Source of the DNA: Octopus sinensis
Taxonomy: Eukaryota
NCBI RefSeq assembly: GCF_006345805.1
Contig: NC_042998.1
Location: forward strand, 58,590,001 to 58,654,000
Direction of reading: 5' to 3'
Length of the DNA stretch: 64,000 nt
The position numbers and the translations under genes are program-made. A model generated the notes under the pieces. It did not search any database and was not told the DNA's origin. It saw only the letters and a program-made list of their open reading frames with translations. Of the stretch, positions 12,630 through 25,582 are shown one piece after another. How positions within the stretch are numbered: position 1 is the first letter of the stretch; every line of letters starts with the position of its first letter.

Positions 12630-14420
12630 TGAATTGATAAATTACAACTGCATCATTGTGTTCATTACTAGTTAGATGACTTCTCTTAGATGCAAAGTGT
12701 AAGGAGTAGCTAATTACTAGTGGTAAACTTTTGGGATTTATCTGGGATCAGTTAAAGTTTTAGAAAGCAGATTTAGATTAAATGTTTCAGAATGTTCATA
12801 CGGGAGAAGCCTTATGAAGGATTTCAAATTACTTATGTTCAAGTCAGCTTTCAAGGACCAACATTCAGCAACCGTTGGACAACAGAAGGGCTGTAATTTC
12901 TCCCTGTCCCTTCTACTACAGAAATAGATGTTCCTCTGAACTTGCTGAGGCTTAACATTTGGAATGACTCAAGGACTGTTGTTACATGCTGCTCGTGTTT
13001 AGAGTACAGTGAGATGCAGTGTTAAGCATATGTGTTTTTGTTGTTGAATGAGGGAGGATTAACAATGTCTCTCCAAGAGGATGCTTTTGAGGTGTTCCTT
13101 CATAAAATCAGTGTCGGTTTGGTATGTGATATCTAGCTTGACTGTGAATGATACATAATTATGGAAGATTATGGAGGAATGAAATCATCCATATATGCAA
13201 GGCTGTTGTTGCTCGCATAACTAGGACAGTGTTGCCACAACACATACAGACATCCTAGACTACATAAAAAGACCACCCTAATGACTATCATTAAGCCACT
13301 TATCATCATCCTCCATCTTCTGACCCACAGACTTGATGTCTCCTCGCTCTGCCTCTTCTGCACTACCAATCAATTTTCAAGAGTACTGACGAAATAAATC
13401 AATTAGTAACTTCAAATAAACTAAGTTTCCATGTACTAAATATGTCACATCATCAAACACCAGGTCTTTAATTCTACTAGTGTTTCATTCCATCCAATAA
13501 CAACTGTTATTTCTCTAAGAACCTGAATTAACTACAGTTTGGTAGTGTAAAAACATGCCTTTTTTTCTTTGAGAATATAAATAATCTATTGTGATGGAAA
13601 TGTGCCAAGCATCTTCAAACAAAATTATGATGTTAAAAATTTACTTTTGAATATCATTATTGAAATACAGTGCCAGAACAATAATGGCTTGATCTAAAAG
13701 AAACTTGCGTGAAATATTAATAAAGCAGCTGGGTTCATATTATAAAATACATTAATAAATGAGAGAACGACTGAATAAGTAATACTGTTTATACAGTGCT
13801 ATATCTGCTTAAACTCATAGAAAGAGATGACAGGAAATTAGCATCATAAAACGAAAATAATTAATCAACTAAAGTTTTAGAATTGTTATCATTGTGATGG
13901 GTTCTCAGTGATAGAAGGAGAAAACCCTGAATGACAAATGTTCAGTGCAGAAGTGGGTGTTTTAAAAAGTTCTGATAAAGAATTAAGCATATCAATAGAT
14001 AGATATGAAGCTTGTGTTAATTCTTCTAGAGTGAATCTTTGGAGAAGTTGAATATGATTAAACACAGTAACTAATTAACATAGTTAAATATGTCTTGCAA
14101 ATAAGACTTAAGACATGGTTTTAGTTTTTAAGATGTTAAGCAGTTTGTTAAAGACACTATCTACTATATTGAGCTGGTCAAACAAATTCCTCATTTGCTC
14201 AAGATTGCATTTGAAGGATTCCATGAAAATTCTTAAAAATGAAGAATAAATTACACTTTGAGCTTGATCAGAATTAGAAGGAAGATAAATGAGAAAAATC
14301 AGCTTCTACTTAGAAAATATGGATATTAGTATTCAGAAAGACTCAATTGGTTTATTGTGGTGGGGGGGGAGAAAAATATTAAGTTGATGCATCTTTGAAT
14401 TATGATTCCAAACTCTTTAA

Positions 14421-14625
14421 CACTTTAGCATTTAAACTGGTCATATCCGGCCCAAATATTCTGCTATTTTATGTTCAAACTGACTAGATCCAGCCTCTTA
14501 CACCTCATCCTGCAATGTCACTCTAAAAATAAACAATCATCTCATCAAAATCTCAAAGCTACAAGATAAGTCATGACTAATTAAAGATAATCATTACATT
14601 TGGGAGTAATCAGAATGCTAAAGGA
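14421..14625 (+). mobile_element. piggyBac-type MITE (family 1)
   Basis: TTAA on both sides; (c)ctttagcatt / aatgctaaagg termini; homologous copies at 24548-25143, 43145-43357 and 50273-50493. Confidence 0.7.
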
Positions 14626-15487
14626 TTAATCTAGTAGTTCTTAACTTAGGCTGCAGCAAACTTGTGGGAAATGTGGTGTGCTTATAAAGGGGATATAAAT
14701 GTCAAGAGAACATTATAGATGAGTTTTAGTTATATGGAAGAGTTTATGACTTTTCTTAGGAATACAATATTTAAAACCAAGTACAACATATTTTAAGCAC
14801 ATTTTTTTCAAAAAATATCTTAGTTAGAATTACAGTGTGAGTATGAATTGTGTTAACAGTGAGTAAAGACATGACTGATGAAGTACCAGATCCAAAATAA
14901 TTTTGTTCTGTAGGTCTTCATGTTCTTTAGTAATGTTTATAAAAATTTGAACATGAGAGTATTAGTTGACACAAAACATCTGTAAAGTTGCACATGCTGG
15001 ATAATTTAGTATAAGGGGGAAAAAATGGATAATAAACCACTACACAAAATTAGCTTCTGTTTGATTGAAATAATCATTTGGGGAGTTTGCAGGGGGGTAT
15101 TGTAGTTTACCTGGAGATGGAGCAGTTGTAAAAAAGCACCATTTCATGAAAGTAGGTATTGAACTACAAAAAGTTGAGAACCATTGTTTTTTGACAAAAA
15201 TGGTTCATCTCCTTAAAGATTCTTCTACATTATTTAACAAGTTCAGCCTTAGAAGTTTGCTTTTACAAAACAAAGAGGGGGAATACTCATTGATTAATTC
15301 TCCACTTGCAAGATTCATTTCTTTGCAAAAGGCATTTTCAAATAACTACAGTCCTTAATATTAAACATATGCATTTACATACAATTTCTTAAATTCTTCC
15401 TGTTTTTCTCTGTAACAATTTAATAAACATGTGAAGTTCTATGACTGAATATGAAATACTTTCATAGCAGAATTTATTTATTTCTAG

Positions 15488-15643
15488 TTGATCTCAGGTC
15501 AGTATGTAAATCCAAGTCTGAGTGCCCACACACAAGTGGAAGTAGAAATCATTGGTATTCCTGTTGACTGTACAAAACACAAAACCAAAGTTATACAACG
15601 TAATGCCTTAAACCCTATATGGAATGATGTCTTCAATTTTCAG
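15488..15643 (+). CDS. PLCE1: PLC-epsilon exon, C2 domain part 1 (LISGQYV...EVEIIGIPVDC...RNALNPIWNDVFNFQ)
   Basis: tttctAG acceptor, GTGGGT donor at 15644, 156 nt phase 0-0; ISGQ, G.P.D and NP.WN C2 motifs. Confidence 0.96.
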
Positions 15644-16156
15644 GTGGGTAAATCTTATGGCTATACTCAAGAATATTATCACTGGTTGACCATAATTTTC
15701 AGTGGTCGCAATTCATGTGTTATCTTTTTTAGTTTGCTTCCATTCTGTGATTTCTGGCTCTGATAACTTTCTAATTCTCCATAATTTGTTGATTTCTTTG
15801 GACAGTTCTCTTAATTTGGTACATATGAATCAAGATTTCAATGACTTCGGTTAATGAACTACTTGCCAATTAATTGGCAGTTAGTTTTGCACTCCACTGA
15901 AGTCATTAAATTTCTATTGGTTTCTCCTGCACTGTGAAAATAATTGCAGCTGGGTTATTTGATAATTTATACAAATATATTTGATATTATGTTCAAACAT
16001 TTGATATTATGTTCAAACATATTTGATATCATATTCAAACATCATATTGACAGCGATGGGATAAAAAGAAAACATGATGATTCTGTCAACAAGGCGTTCT
16101 GACCACATTAGTATGCTCTCTCTCCTATTAGAAAGTAATGTTAAATTAAATTGAGA

Positions 16157-16218
<62 letters not shown>

Positions 16219-17062
16219 ATGTATGTATGTATGTATGTATGTATGTATGTATGCATGTATGTATGTACACATACATATACATGTAAATATATGTATACAT
16301 ATATATACACATATGTATGTAAATATATGTACACCATTTTTATGTAAATGAATTTATATATGTATGTGTGTTTATAAACACACATACACATGTGTGTATG
16401 TATGTGCTTGTGAGTGTGTGTAAGAATAAGTTGGTGTCTCTATGTATTTATATTTGTTTTACAAAGTGAAGTTAATCCACTGATCAACATCAAAGATATA
16501 TAAAGCTGATATTTCATTCTGGTTTTATTAGGCATGGCTTTGTGGTTAAGAAGTTTGCTTCACAACCACATGGAATTAGGTACAATCCCACGGTGTGGCA
16601 TCTTGGGAAATTTGTTTTTCCACTGTAACTTCAGAGTGACCAACACCTTGTGGAAGGGATCTGAGAGACAATGTTTACATATATATTAACTGACACTCCC
16701 TTGCTACTCTGGCCATTAAAAATACAATAGACAAATAATTGGTTCCACCAACTGCACTATAGAATTAAAATACATAAGCAAACGATTGGCAAAGTGTTCT
16801 TCTGGATAAGACAATAATCTATTGCAGATAATTTCCCCAATAGCACTGGAATGTATTACCAATAATTGGTAATAGGTTCCAGTCTATCCAGAAACAAGAA
16901 CTACTACCTGCAGTGGATTTATACGGACAATCCAGCAGCTGATATTAAAATTACAACTGCCCCCGCCCCCCTCCACCACCACCACCACCATTTGGCAATT
17001 TCAATTCACTTACTTTCTCTTTGATCTTTGGTTTATTTTTTTTTTCATTTAATCCATTATTA

Positions 17063-17351
17063 TATATATATGTATATAATTTAGAGAAAAACTGCTATTA
17101 AACAATTCAATAATGAAAGATGTTATTCACACCATATAGAAAACATATACTATTAAAAAACCTTAATCTAAAAATCAATGAAGTACAATAAATAGTAAAT
17201 CCATTAGCCAGTTCTGAAGCATTTTTACTACTATTTACTATTCATTGTATTTTATTGATTTTTAGATTAAGGTTTTCTATATGGTGTGAATAACATCTTT
17301 CTTAATTGAATTGTTTAATAGAGATTTTTCTCTAAATTATATACATATATT
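17063..17351. repeat. Foldback inverted repeat (~125-140-bp arms)
   Basis: 17063-17200 pairs with about 17234-17351; the loop matches 18061-18086. Confidence 0.9.
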
Positions 17352-17424
17352 ATATATTGGGAAATTTGATTTAAAGTTGTTAAATTGAATTTTTCCCTGT
17401 AAGTTTTGGAATTATATTCCTTAC

Positions 17425-17489
<65 letters not shown>

Positions 17490-17529
17490 CACACATACAT
17501 ACATACATACTTACATACATACATACATA

Positions 17530-18884
17530 CAGGGTGTTTCAAAAAATTTGATATCATTTGAGATGTAAATATCACAGAAACTACACAGTCAAATCAAATG
17601 AAACTAAACAGGCAACAAAAGATTTATTCCTCCTAATTTGAATGAGAAATTTAAAGGTATGTGGACTCCATGAACGATGTCGCAAATGTTCAATATGCGC
17701 ACCACCTGAGACATGGCACATGTCAAGTTGGTAGTCCAGCTCCTCCTAAACATGCTACAGCATGTCTTGGGTAACAGTCTCCAATGTGGTAGTGATTCTC
17801 TGCTTGAGGTCCTCTAGGCTTGCAAGAAGATGGGGGACATAGACCAGACCCTTCACATAATCCCAGAGAAAAAAATCACAAGGTGTCAGATCAGGTGAAC
17901 GTGGTGGCCATTTCAACAGTACATTGTCTTCATCATCAGCATGTCCGAACCATCTCCCTCACAGATTGTCATTGAGATAAGCCCGCACAGTGAGGTTCCA
18001 GTGAGGTGGAACCCCATCCTGTTGAAAAATGAAGTCTTTATGTTCGTTTGCAATGAGCTCATCCATTAGCCAGTTCTGAAGCATTTGCAGACAAACATCG
18101 TTGGTCACATTTCCCTCAAAGAAAAACAGGCTATGAAGATGCCTCTTGGAGATGGCACAGAACACATTCACTTTTGGTGGGTTCCACTCGTGCTCAACTG
18201 TGGCATAAGGATTTTCTTCACCCCCAAATGCAAACATTATGCTTATTGACTTTGCCATTCTTATGAAATGTGGCCACATCACTGAAAACAAGACGTTCCT
18301 TGAACTCAGCTTCTTTAAGTTTCTCTTCCATATCAACACAGAATTGTCTGCACTTTCACTTGTCATCTTCAGTTATGGCCTGAATAAACTGCATCTTGTA
18401 GGGTTTCATTAGCAAGTGTTTCCTCAAGATTCACCAAAAAGTCATTGGAGGAATCCAGGTTTCCAGCCTTGTTCTTGTTATAAACTTCTTGGGGCTTCAC
18501 AAGAGTTTTTGGCAAACCTGCTTGACCATCTCTTACAATGTTAGTGATCATCCAGATCCTTTTGCCTTGCACAGATAGCCTTCCTCTTTGAATTTTTTGT
18601 GCCATGTCCAAATCTGCATTGCTGTTGGTGACTTTTAAAGAAATCTCTCACCAATGCACACTGCACAGTACTGTTCGACTGTGTTCGAGCATACTCCAAC
18701 ACACAAAATGCCTTTTCTCTTCCAGTGAATGCCATTTCTATACCTGAAAAGATAAACATATCAAACACTAAACATAAAATTTTGACTTGCTTTTACAGAT
18801 GCTGTTAAACTTTGAAATCATTTGAACAAGAATTGACAAAGTTATTAGTTTGTGAAATGATTTCAAATTTGTTGAAACACCCTG
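17530..18884 (-). mobile_element. Full-length defective Tc1/mariner element of the DD41D (rosa/Visitor)-like group
   Basis: TIRs cagggtgtttcaaaaaatttga / tcaaatttgttgaaacaccctg with TA on both sides. N-terminal EKAFCVLEYART, catalytic QQDGVPPHW and WPPRSPDLTPCDFFLW; frameshifts and stops. Confidence 0.92.
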
Positions 18885-19123
18885 TATATATATATAAATT
18901 GTATAAATTGTATATATAAATTGTTGCCAGTACCACCAAACTGGCCCTCATGCCGGTGGAACGTAAAAGCACCCACTACACTCTCAAAGTGGTTGGTGTT
19001 AGGAAGGGCATCTAGCTGTAGAAACACTGCCAGATCAGATTGGAGTCTGGTTCGCCAGACCTCAGTCAAATCGTCCAACCCATGCTAGCATAGAAAGCAG
19101 ACGTTAAATGATGATGATGATGG

Positions 19124-19157
<34 letters not shown>

Positions 19158-20073
19158 ATAAATATACACACACACACATATATATACATGACATGTGTGT
19201 ATGTATGTATATATATGCATTTGTATATATATATTTATAGTGTGTGTGTGTGTGTGTGTGTGCGTGTAAATATAATCCATTCACATATAATCAATATCAT
19301 CATTGTTTAAACAAATATTTTTCTATACAAATATGGCTTTGAAGAAACTTGTTGAGGTAGATTTTTTTACAACATAATAGTCTTTCTGATGCCAGTGTTT
19401 ATCTGCATTTCAATTAAGATAATTTCATCCCACTGGTCTTCAAATATCAAAAGCAATAAAGCTGTTGAAACAATGAGGCTTCTGCTTAACTGAGAATGTA
19501 AAAAAAAAGGCACTGTTTTGGCTGTGGTAGTGTTAATGAGGATATGTGGAAATAACATTCACACCATCAGCTTCTCCTCATGTTTTTCATGTCGGCACGC
19601 ATTAGTTTTATATCTATAAGAAAATGAGAACACAAAGGAAAAAATGATTATCATATGAGCTTCATTAGCTTGCAACTGTTTCAGCTATAAAAGATGCAGT
19701 GGACTCATAGCTGAGTACTTGACTAACCATTTTATAGCTTCATCAGAGCCTTGGAGGTTACAAGGTGTTACTTAGGCACTCAACTGTATCTTAAAGCAGA
19801 AACAGCTGTGAGCTAATGAAGTTCATAAAACATTCGTTTATTCCTTTTTCATCTCATTTTCTTATTACCACTCTGTACTCGGCTAACACTTCATTCTGAA
19901 CCATATGTACATTGAGTTCTTCACCAGGTTTTTAGTTTTACAATGCCTAAGCAATATATATATATAAATTTTAAATAATGAAGATGAAAAATTGTATATT
20001 AATTTGATTAATATCAATTTAAAACCAATGGTATAGCATATAGAAAAATCTGAAGATTCAGAAAAATTATATT

Positions 20074-20349
20074 ACATACAGATAAGAGGGATGACCTCTA
20101 AGTGGACGTCCATTATGCTAGAATTTGCCTCCCTATGGTCTTACCATTAAAAAAGGAATGTTCTCAAGAAAATTTAGCAAATGCTAAAGATACAAAATAT
20201 ATTTTGTATCTTTTCATTTGTCTTGCTTGCTTACGTTTTGGTGTTTGCTAAATTTTCTTGAGAACATTCCTTTCTTAGTGGTAAGACCATAGCAGATCTA
20301 CTTCTAGCATAATGGTTGTCCACTTAGTGGTCATCCCTCCTATATGTAT

Positions 20350-20351
<2 letters not shown>
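20074..20351. repeat. Foldback/MITE-like inverted repeat with an inner perfect palindrome
   Basis: ~110-bp arms; perfect 28-bp palindrome aaagatacaaaata|tattttgtatcttt at 20186-20213. Confidence 0.88.
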
Positions 20352-20388
<37 letters not shown>

Positions 20389-20663
20389 GTTTCTAGAGCT
20401 GGATGCCCTTCCTAATGCCAACTACTCTAGGAGCATAAGGGGTGCTTTTACGTGCCACTGGCTTGGGTAACATTTACATTTTTGACATGACACCAGCCAC
20501 AACTGTGTTAATACACTTTCATATGCAGGTAACACATGTATTCACTTTGCGTAACTCTTATTTTCTACAATGTTTAAATTATATAATTCTTATATTAACA
20601 GCCATTCGATTTGTGCTACTGCTACCATAATCATCATTGTTATTCTATATTCTTTCTCCTTAG

Positions 20664-20766
20664 ATTATGTTTGTTGATCTGGCATTCATCCGTTTCCTCG
20701 TCATTGACACCAGTACTGGCCATATGGTCCTGCAGCGAATAATTCCACTCAAACATTTGCGTCCTG
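20664..20766 (+). CDS. PLCE1: PLC-epsilon exon, C2 domain part 2 (IMFVDLAFIRFLVIDTSTGHMVLQRIIPLKHLRPG)
   Basis: Not in the ORF track. ttctttctccttAG acceptor, GTAAGA donor at 20767, 103 nt phase 0-1; DL.F.RF.V and QRIIPLK.L..G motifs. Confidence 0.95.
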
Positions 20767-21424
20767 GTAAGATAAATGACATAACATGATAATAATGTTT
20801 TGGTTTGTTTCATATCTATTATTCACATCAGAAAGAATGCTCAGTAGAATTTCTTCCAGTTCCTTATTTTCTGAGTTTAAGTTCTGCCAAGTTCAACATT
20901 GCCTTTCATCCTTTTGATGTTGATAAAGTACTAACAGTTAGGCACTGGAGATCAATATAAATCAACTTACTCCCCCACCACCACCATCCCCAAAGTTGTT
21001 GGCCCTTTGCTCTAATTGTTTAAATTGTTTTTAAAATTATCTGATAACCTTCAAGGCAGGGTAACAGCTTGATAATTCAGTAAAAGGCTAATATTTTACA
21101 AAGTCAGAAAACAGCACAGCTCCCATGACTTTTGGAAACATTTCTTCACGCTAAGAGTTGCTGAAGTATGGAACAGACTGCCGGCATCAGTTGTTAGTTG
21201 TCGGAGCATTGCATCCTTCAAACCTTCCATGCTTCCTGAGATTTGCTAACACTACACCTGATTTTCTCCCCTCCATACACACGCAAGCATGTATCTGACT
21301 CATACACTGTTCACTTTCCAGACATTTGTACATTACTGCACATGCTTTATATGCACTTTTGACAAGTTGTGGTGCACCTGAGCACTGTATACAATAATTT
21401 CATTATTATTATTATTATATTTTG

Positions 21425-21670
21425 ATGGCAAATAAGCACTGTTTCTGTTACTTTGAAAATTTCATGTTTATAGCAGGCATCATCATCAACATCCATTTCC
21501 AATGCTTGTGGCAAAAGAGTCAGCAGAAGTTCGCTATTACCTTCTACTTGAGCCGCATAAAGCTTAAGTGTTTCACTCATAAACACACACATTGCCCGGT
21601 CTGAGATTCGAACCCGTGATCCCTCGACCGTGCGTCCGCTACTCTAACCACTAGGCCATGTGCCTCCACA
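21425..21670 (-). mobile_element. tRNA-derived SINE, family D
   Basis: Reverse complement has A box TGGCCTAGTGG and B box GGTTCGAATCTC; second copy at 39249-39540(+). Confidence 0.8.
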
Positions 21671-21864
21671 CGAATGAAGATGGAAGGTAGGGTAGAGTGA
21701 AGGAGGAGTTAGGGTAGAAATGTGATCTACTGTTAAATGTGTGTATGTGTATCTTCTCACTCTGATTATTTGATAAGAAAACCATATGGTTGTATAAGTG
21801 ATATACAAAGATCTAATTGTTTTCCATATTTAAGTATATTTGATAAAACATTCATTTATTGCAG

Positions 21865-22067
21865 GATATCGACATGTTCGGTTACGCAACCCCCTAAATC
21901 AGCCAACTGAACTAGCAACTTTATTCATTTACTCTAAACTGGAAGAAGACCAACTGGATCAGTGCAACAACATAGACCTTAATGCTGATATTCTTGGCAA
22001 ACGGCGGTCGCTTCTAGCGAAAGTCAAAGACTTTTCTGATGTCTCCAAAGTTGATGCTGGGAAAGAT
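21865..22067 (+). CDS. PLCE1: PLC-epsilon exon, end of C2 and linker (GYRHVRLRNPLNQPTELATLFIYSKLEED...AGKD)
   Basis: ttgcAG acceptor, GTAAGT donor at 22068; GYRH..LRN motif; phase 1-0. Confidence 0.96.
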
Positions 22068-22239
22068 GTAAGTATTTGCTTGATGATAATTATTTCAGAA
22101 TATATTAAAATGCAGTCCCATATGAAGATTTAGTAGAACTGGTGAGAAAACAATGTACCATCAAAGAACATGAAGGGTAGATGATTAAAATGTATGACCA
22201 CTGACATTTTTTCTTATCAAGATATGGCTTATTTCCTTT

Positions 22240-22253
22240 GTGTGTGTGTGTGT

Positions 22254-22328
<75 letters not shown>

Positions 22329-22330
22329 AT
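22240..22330. repeat. (GT)n microsatellite
   Basis: Direct reading. Many similar CA/GT, TA, TACA, TAAA, CT and ATT tracts occur, e.g. 11003-11078, 16156-16265, 17425-17483, 23141-23210, 49680-49868, 50620-50715, 52058-52153. Confidence 0.95.
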
Positions 22331-23138
22331 GCGTGCATGCATGTGTGTGTGTTTTTTTAAAACCAGTTGAGTTGTGAGAGCATCAAATGCAATGTCTTGC
22401 AGTATGTGATTGAACTCTGGGTTCTGAATTCAAATCCCACCTCTTATAGAATCTGACAGAAGTGGTAATAGATTTGGGAAATCCTTAAGCCCAAGTACCG
22501 CAACTGACCATATTCAATGTGACCCTCACACTAGTTGGTAGAAGAGAATGTAAAGGGATTTCAAGTTCTTGAATACACACACACACACACAAATATAAAA
22601 AGAGTAAAGACTTTCTTCAGTCATGAATGACCATGGGTTTGCACCTAGAAAGTTAGCCTTGCATCCTCCCTTAACACACACACACACACACACATTTCAA
22701 AAGTGTAATAGATTAGTTTGCCATTAGCAAGAGGAAATTTCTAATAAAGTTCATGCAGTGTGGAGAATTTTTGGGAAAAGGGTTCTCCCTAAAATGTTAC
22801 AATGTTCCTATTTATTTCACTTTATTGCCAACACAGACCACTTCTTGCTTCCTTGGATCCTTACTATACATAATTAAATTTTGTTTTAATTATTTTTTTC
22901 TGCTAAAAAAATATATATATTTTAGCTTTTAAATACATATAAAGACAAAAAGTGTCAAAGATTACAAGTTTAGAGTGATGGTGGTGGTGGGGTACTGTTG
23001 ACTGTTATGCCCTTGAGTGAAGCACAACTTTTTCCTCGGTTTGCTGGACTAACACAAAACATTTTTTTTACTTCAAAGATGATGTTTGGTTTTAAGATAT
23101 GCATTTAGGTGAAAAATACAGTTGCTCTAATAAAAGCC

Positions 23139-23219
<81 letters not shown>

Positions 23220-24547
23220 TCTCTCATATACACATGCAAACACATGCATGTGTATGTTTGTGCAAGGGTGTGTGTATGTGTACTCTGAAAAATTAATTTA
23301 TTTCACACTTTAAGTCTAAACTATTTTTTTGATAAAAAAACCAGTAACTTAAAAAAAAAACTATAGATCTGGTGCTGTGTGACATAATATTAATATATTC
23401 AATAATAATTTTAATTGCTGGAAATGATTCCCATTCTGATAGTTTCTTTGATATTATTGATAAGCAATTTAGCAAAGACTAGAATGTCTTTTTTTCTTTT
23501 TGTTTTTTTTTTTTTTTTTTTGTTCTTTTTTTTTGTAGATAAATGCTAAAAGGCAACATAATATGAGACAAGGGAAGCTGGATGTCTGATTTGCAACTCC
23601 ATAGAGGGGAGATAATACAAAAGCTGGACAATTCTGAATTTTATAGATAATTGAATATAGATGAAAGCAAAATTGAGTATAGGGAAAACTGTGTAAATGT
23701 GACTGAGAAATGAATATTTTCATAGAATTTAAAAAGTTATTGAAATTCATTTAAATGATAAAATATCTGTCTCATTAAGACAGTCATAGTGCCGGCCATA
23801 ACATATTTTTTAGCATTAAACCATGAACCCCAGCAAGGGTTAATAGTTGTGTGTGTCTATATAAAATGGACTTAGGGTCAGATTCCATCTACCAAGTTCA
23901 ACTTACAAGATATTGGTCAGCCCACAGTTCTGTAGTTCTGGACTGGAACTTAACAGACCTGGATTCTATAGACAGTCATGGTTTAAACAGTAAGCTTGGC
24001 AGGAAAGAAACGTGCCTTTAAGCAGTACAAAAACAACAAAAAATGGAAGGTACAGTTATGCATTCTCACCTGGAGTCGATTTTTGTAATTTTTTCAAGAC
24101 TTATACACGCCCTGATACCGTCAGTATCTACATATCAAATTTGAGCACAATCGGATGGAGGATGCCTGAAATCCTAGAAGACACACACACAGACAGACAA
24201 AACGGATTTTATCTTCTAAGAAAATATCACATATTACCCATTACAAATAATATCTAACAACTATAGATTCCAAGAAAAGATATCATGAGTCAAGAATCAG
24301 TTTAAGAAGGCAGCTCATGGTGCTACTTCCTACATTTTCTAATGTAGAATAAGTTTGCTGTGATATTCTTGTGAACTATGATTGCAGAACATGTTGTGAA
24401 GTAGATAATTACTGACAGCAGAAATTCCAAGAAATTGGAAAAAAATTCAAATGTAATAAAAATTATCATAATGATGGTACCAAGGGTGATCATGAATGAG
24501 CAGCCATAAATGTATCCTCTTGCATAGTTAATACTTCTGTGAATTAA

Positions 24548-25143
24548 CCCTTTAGCATTTAAACCAACCATATCCAGTCGAAATATTCTACCTGTTTTAT
24601 GTACATATATTCAAACTAGCAGTATCGCCCGGCGTTGCTCGGATTTGTTTTGACCCTTTAGAATTGGAATTTTTGAAAAGTAAAAATTCTGCATTACGTA
24701 GCTTGTTATTCTCTTTAAGTGGACATTTTCCTGGTTGAAATACACTGAAAAATGGTGACACAGCAGTCAAAAAATCGTAAAAAATAGGGATTTTCATAGA
24801 AAAAAAGCACCTTTTTGATGTAAATAATTTTTGGTCTTAACATGGTCCAATTTGAATTTTATCTTCTACGAAATGAAGAGCAAGCCTTCTTTATCATACT
24901 CTCAATATTGGTCAACTTGCGTCGCAGGGTCTCGGAGGAGATAGTATTAGTTGACAACTTTAGCTTTATATATATAGATTAGCTAGATTCTGGCTTCTCA
25001 TAGCTATGCTACAATGTTATTCTAAAAGTAAGCTATCACATCAGCAAAATCTCAGAACAACAAGGTAGTGAATGATTAATTCAAAACAATGTGAATAAAT
25101 AAGTATTACAGTTAATAGAGAAATCTAAAGGCCAAAGGATCAA
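24548..25143 (+). mobile_element. piggyBac-type MITE (family 1) split by a Helitron
   Basis: TTAA-ccctttagcatt start; the two halves around 24616-24978 align with 14421-14625. Confidence 0.7.
24616..24978 (-). mobile_element. Short non-autonomous Helitron inserted in a piggyBac-type MITE
   Basis: Reverse complement starts TCtatatata and ends ccgagcaacgccgggcgatactgCTAG; sits between A and T; homologous to 12239-12629. Confidence 0.82.
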
Positions 25144-25582
25144 ATCCTCTCTTCTTACAAATAAAGACTGATACTAGCCTGTATGAACAAATCCAATCTG
25201 AATGGAGTAACAAAACCAGTGTTTGGCATCTAGTAAGATGCGATCATCATTAGCCATCATCAACCGACTATTTGCACAAGTACAGTGACATGTTCACCAC
25301 ATAACCTGTTTCACCATCCATGTCCCATGTTCATTAGAAGTTGCAGCACCACTGTCTTCCACGAGTGTCTTGACTATAGTTTGGAAAGATTTCTAAATTT
25401 TTATCCTGCCAAAAGTCATTCTCAAATGACAACTTGGTAGATAGGTAACTGTGGATGTCTTAGATAGTGCCTTGAAAGTTGTAACCATCTTTCTGCTGTC
25501 TTGTTGGTTAACTAGAGAAGGTCACCAGAGAGTTGCTCATTTGTTCACTTACTGTGTCTAAAATTTTCTTGTATAATAATTA

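Noticed and set aside
12840-13370. Possible degenerate LINE reverse-transcriptase fragment on the minus strand (…SLAYMDD…)
   Set aside because: Only a YxDD-like tetrapeptide is visible, with no other RT motif in frame; needs a profile search.
24020-24212. Possible Helitron 5' fragment on the minus strand (cagacagacaaaacggattttat end)
   Set aside because: No TC start or hairpin-CTAG end could be located, so it was not listed as a feature.
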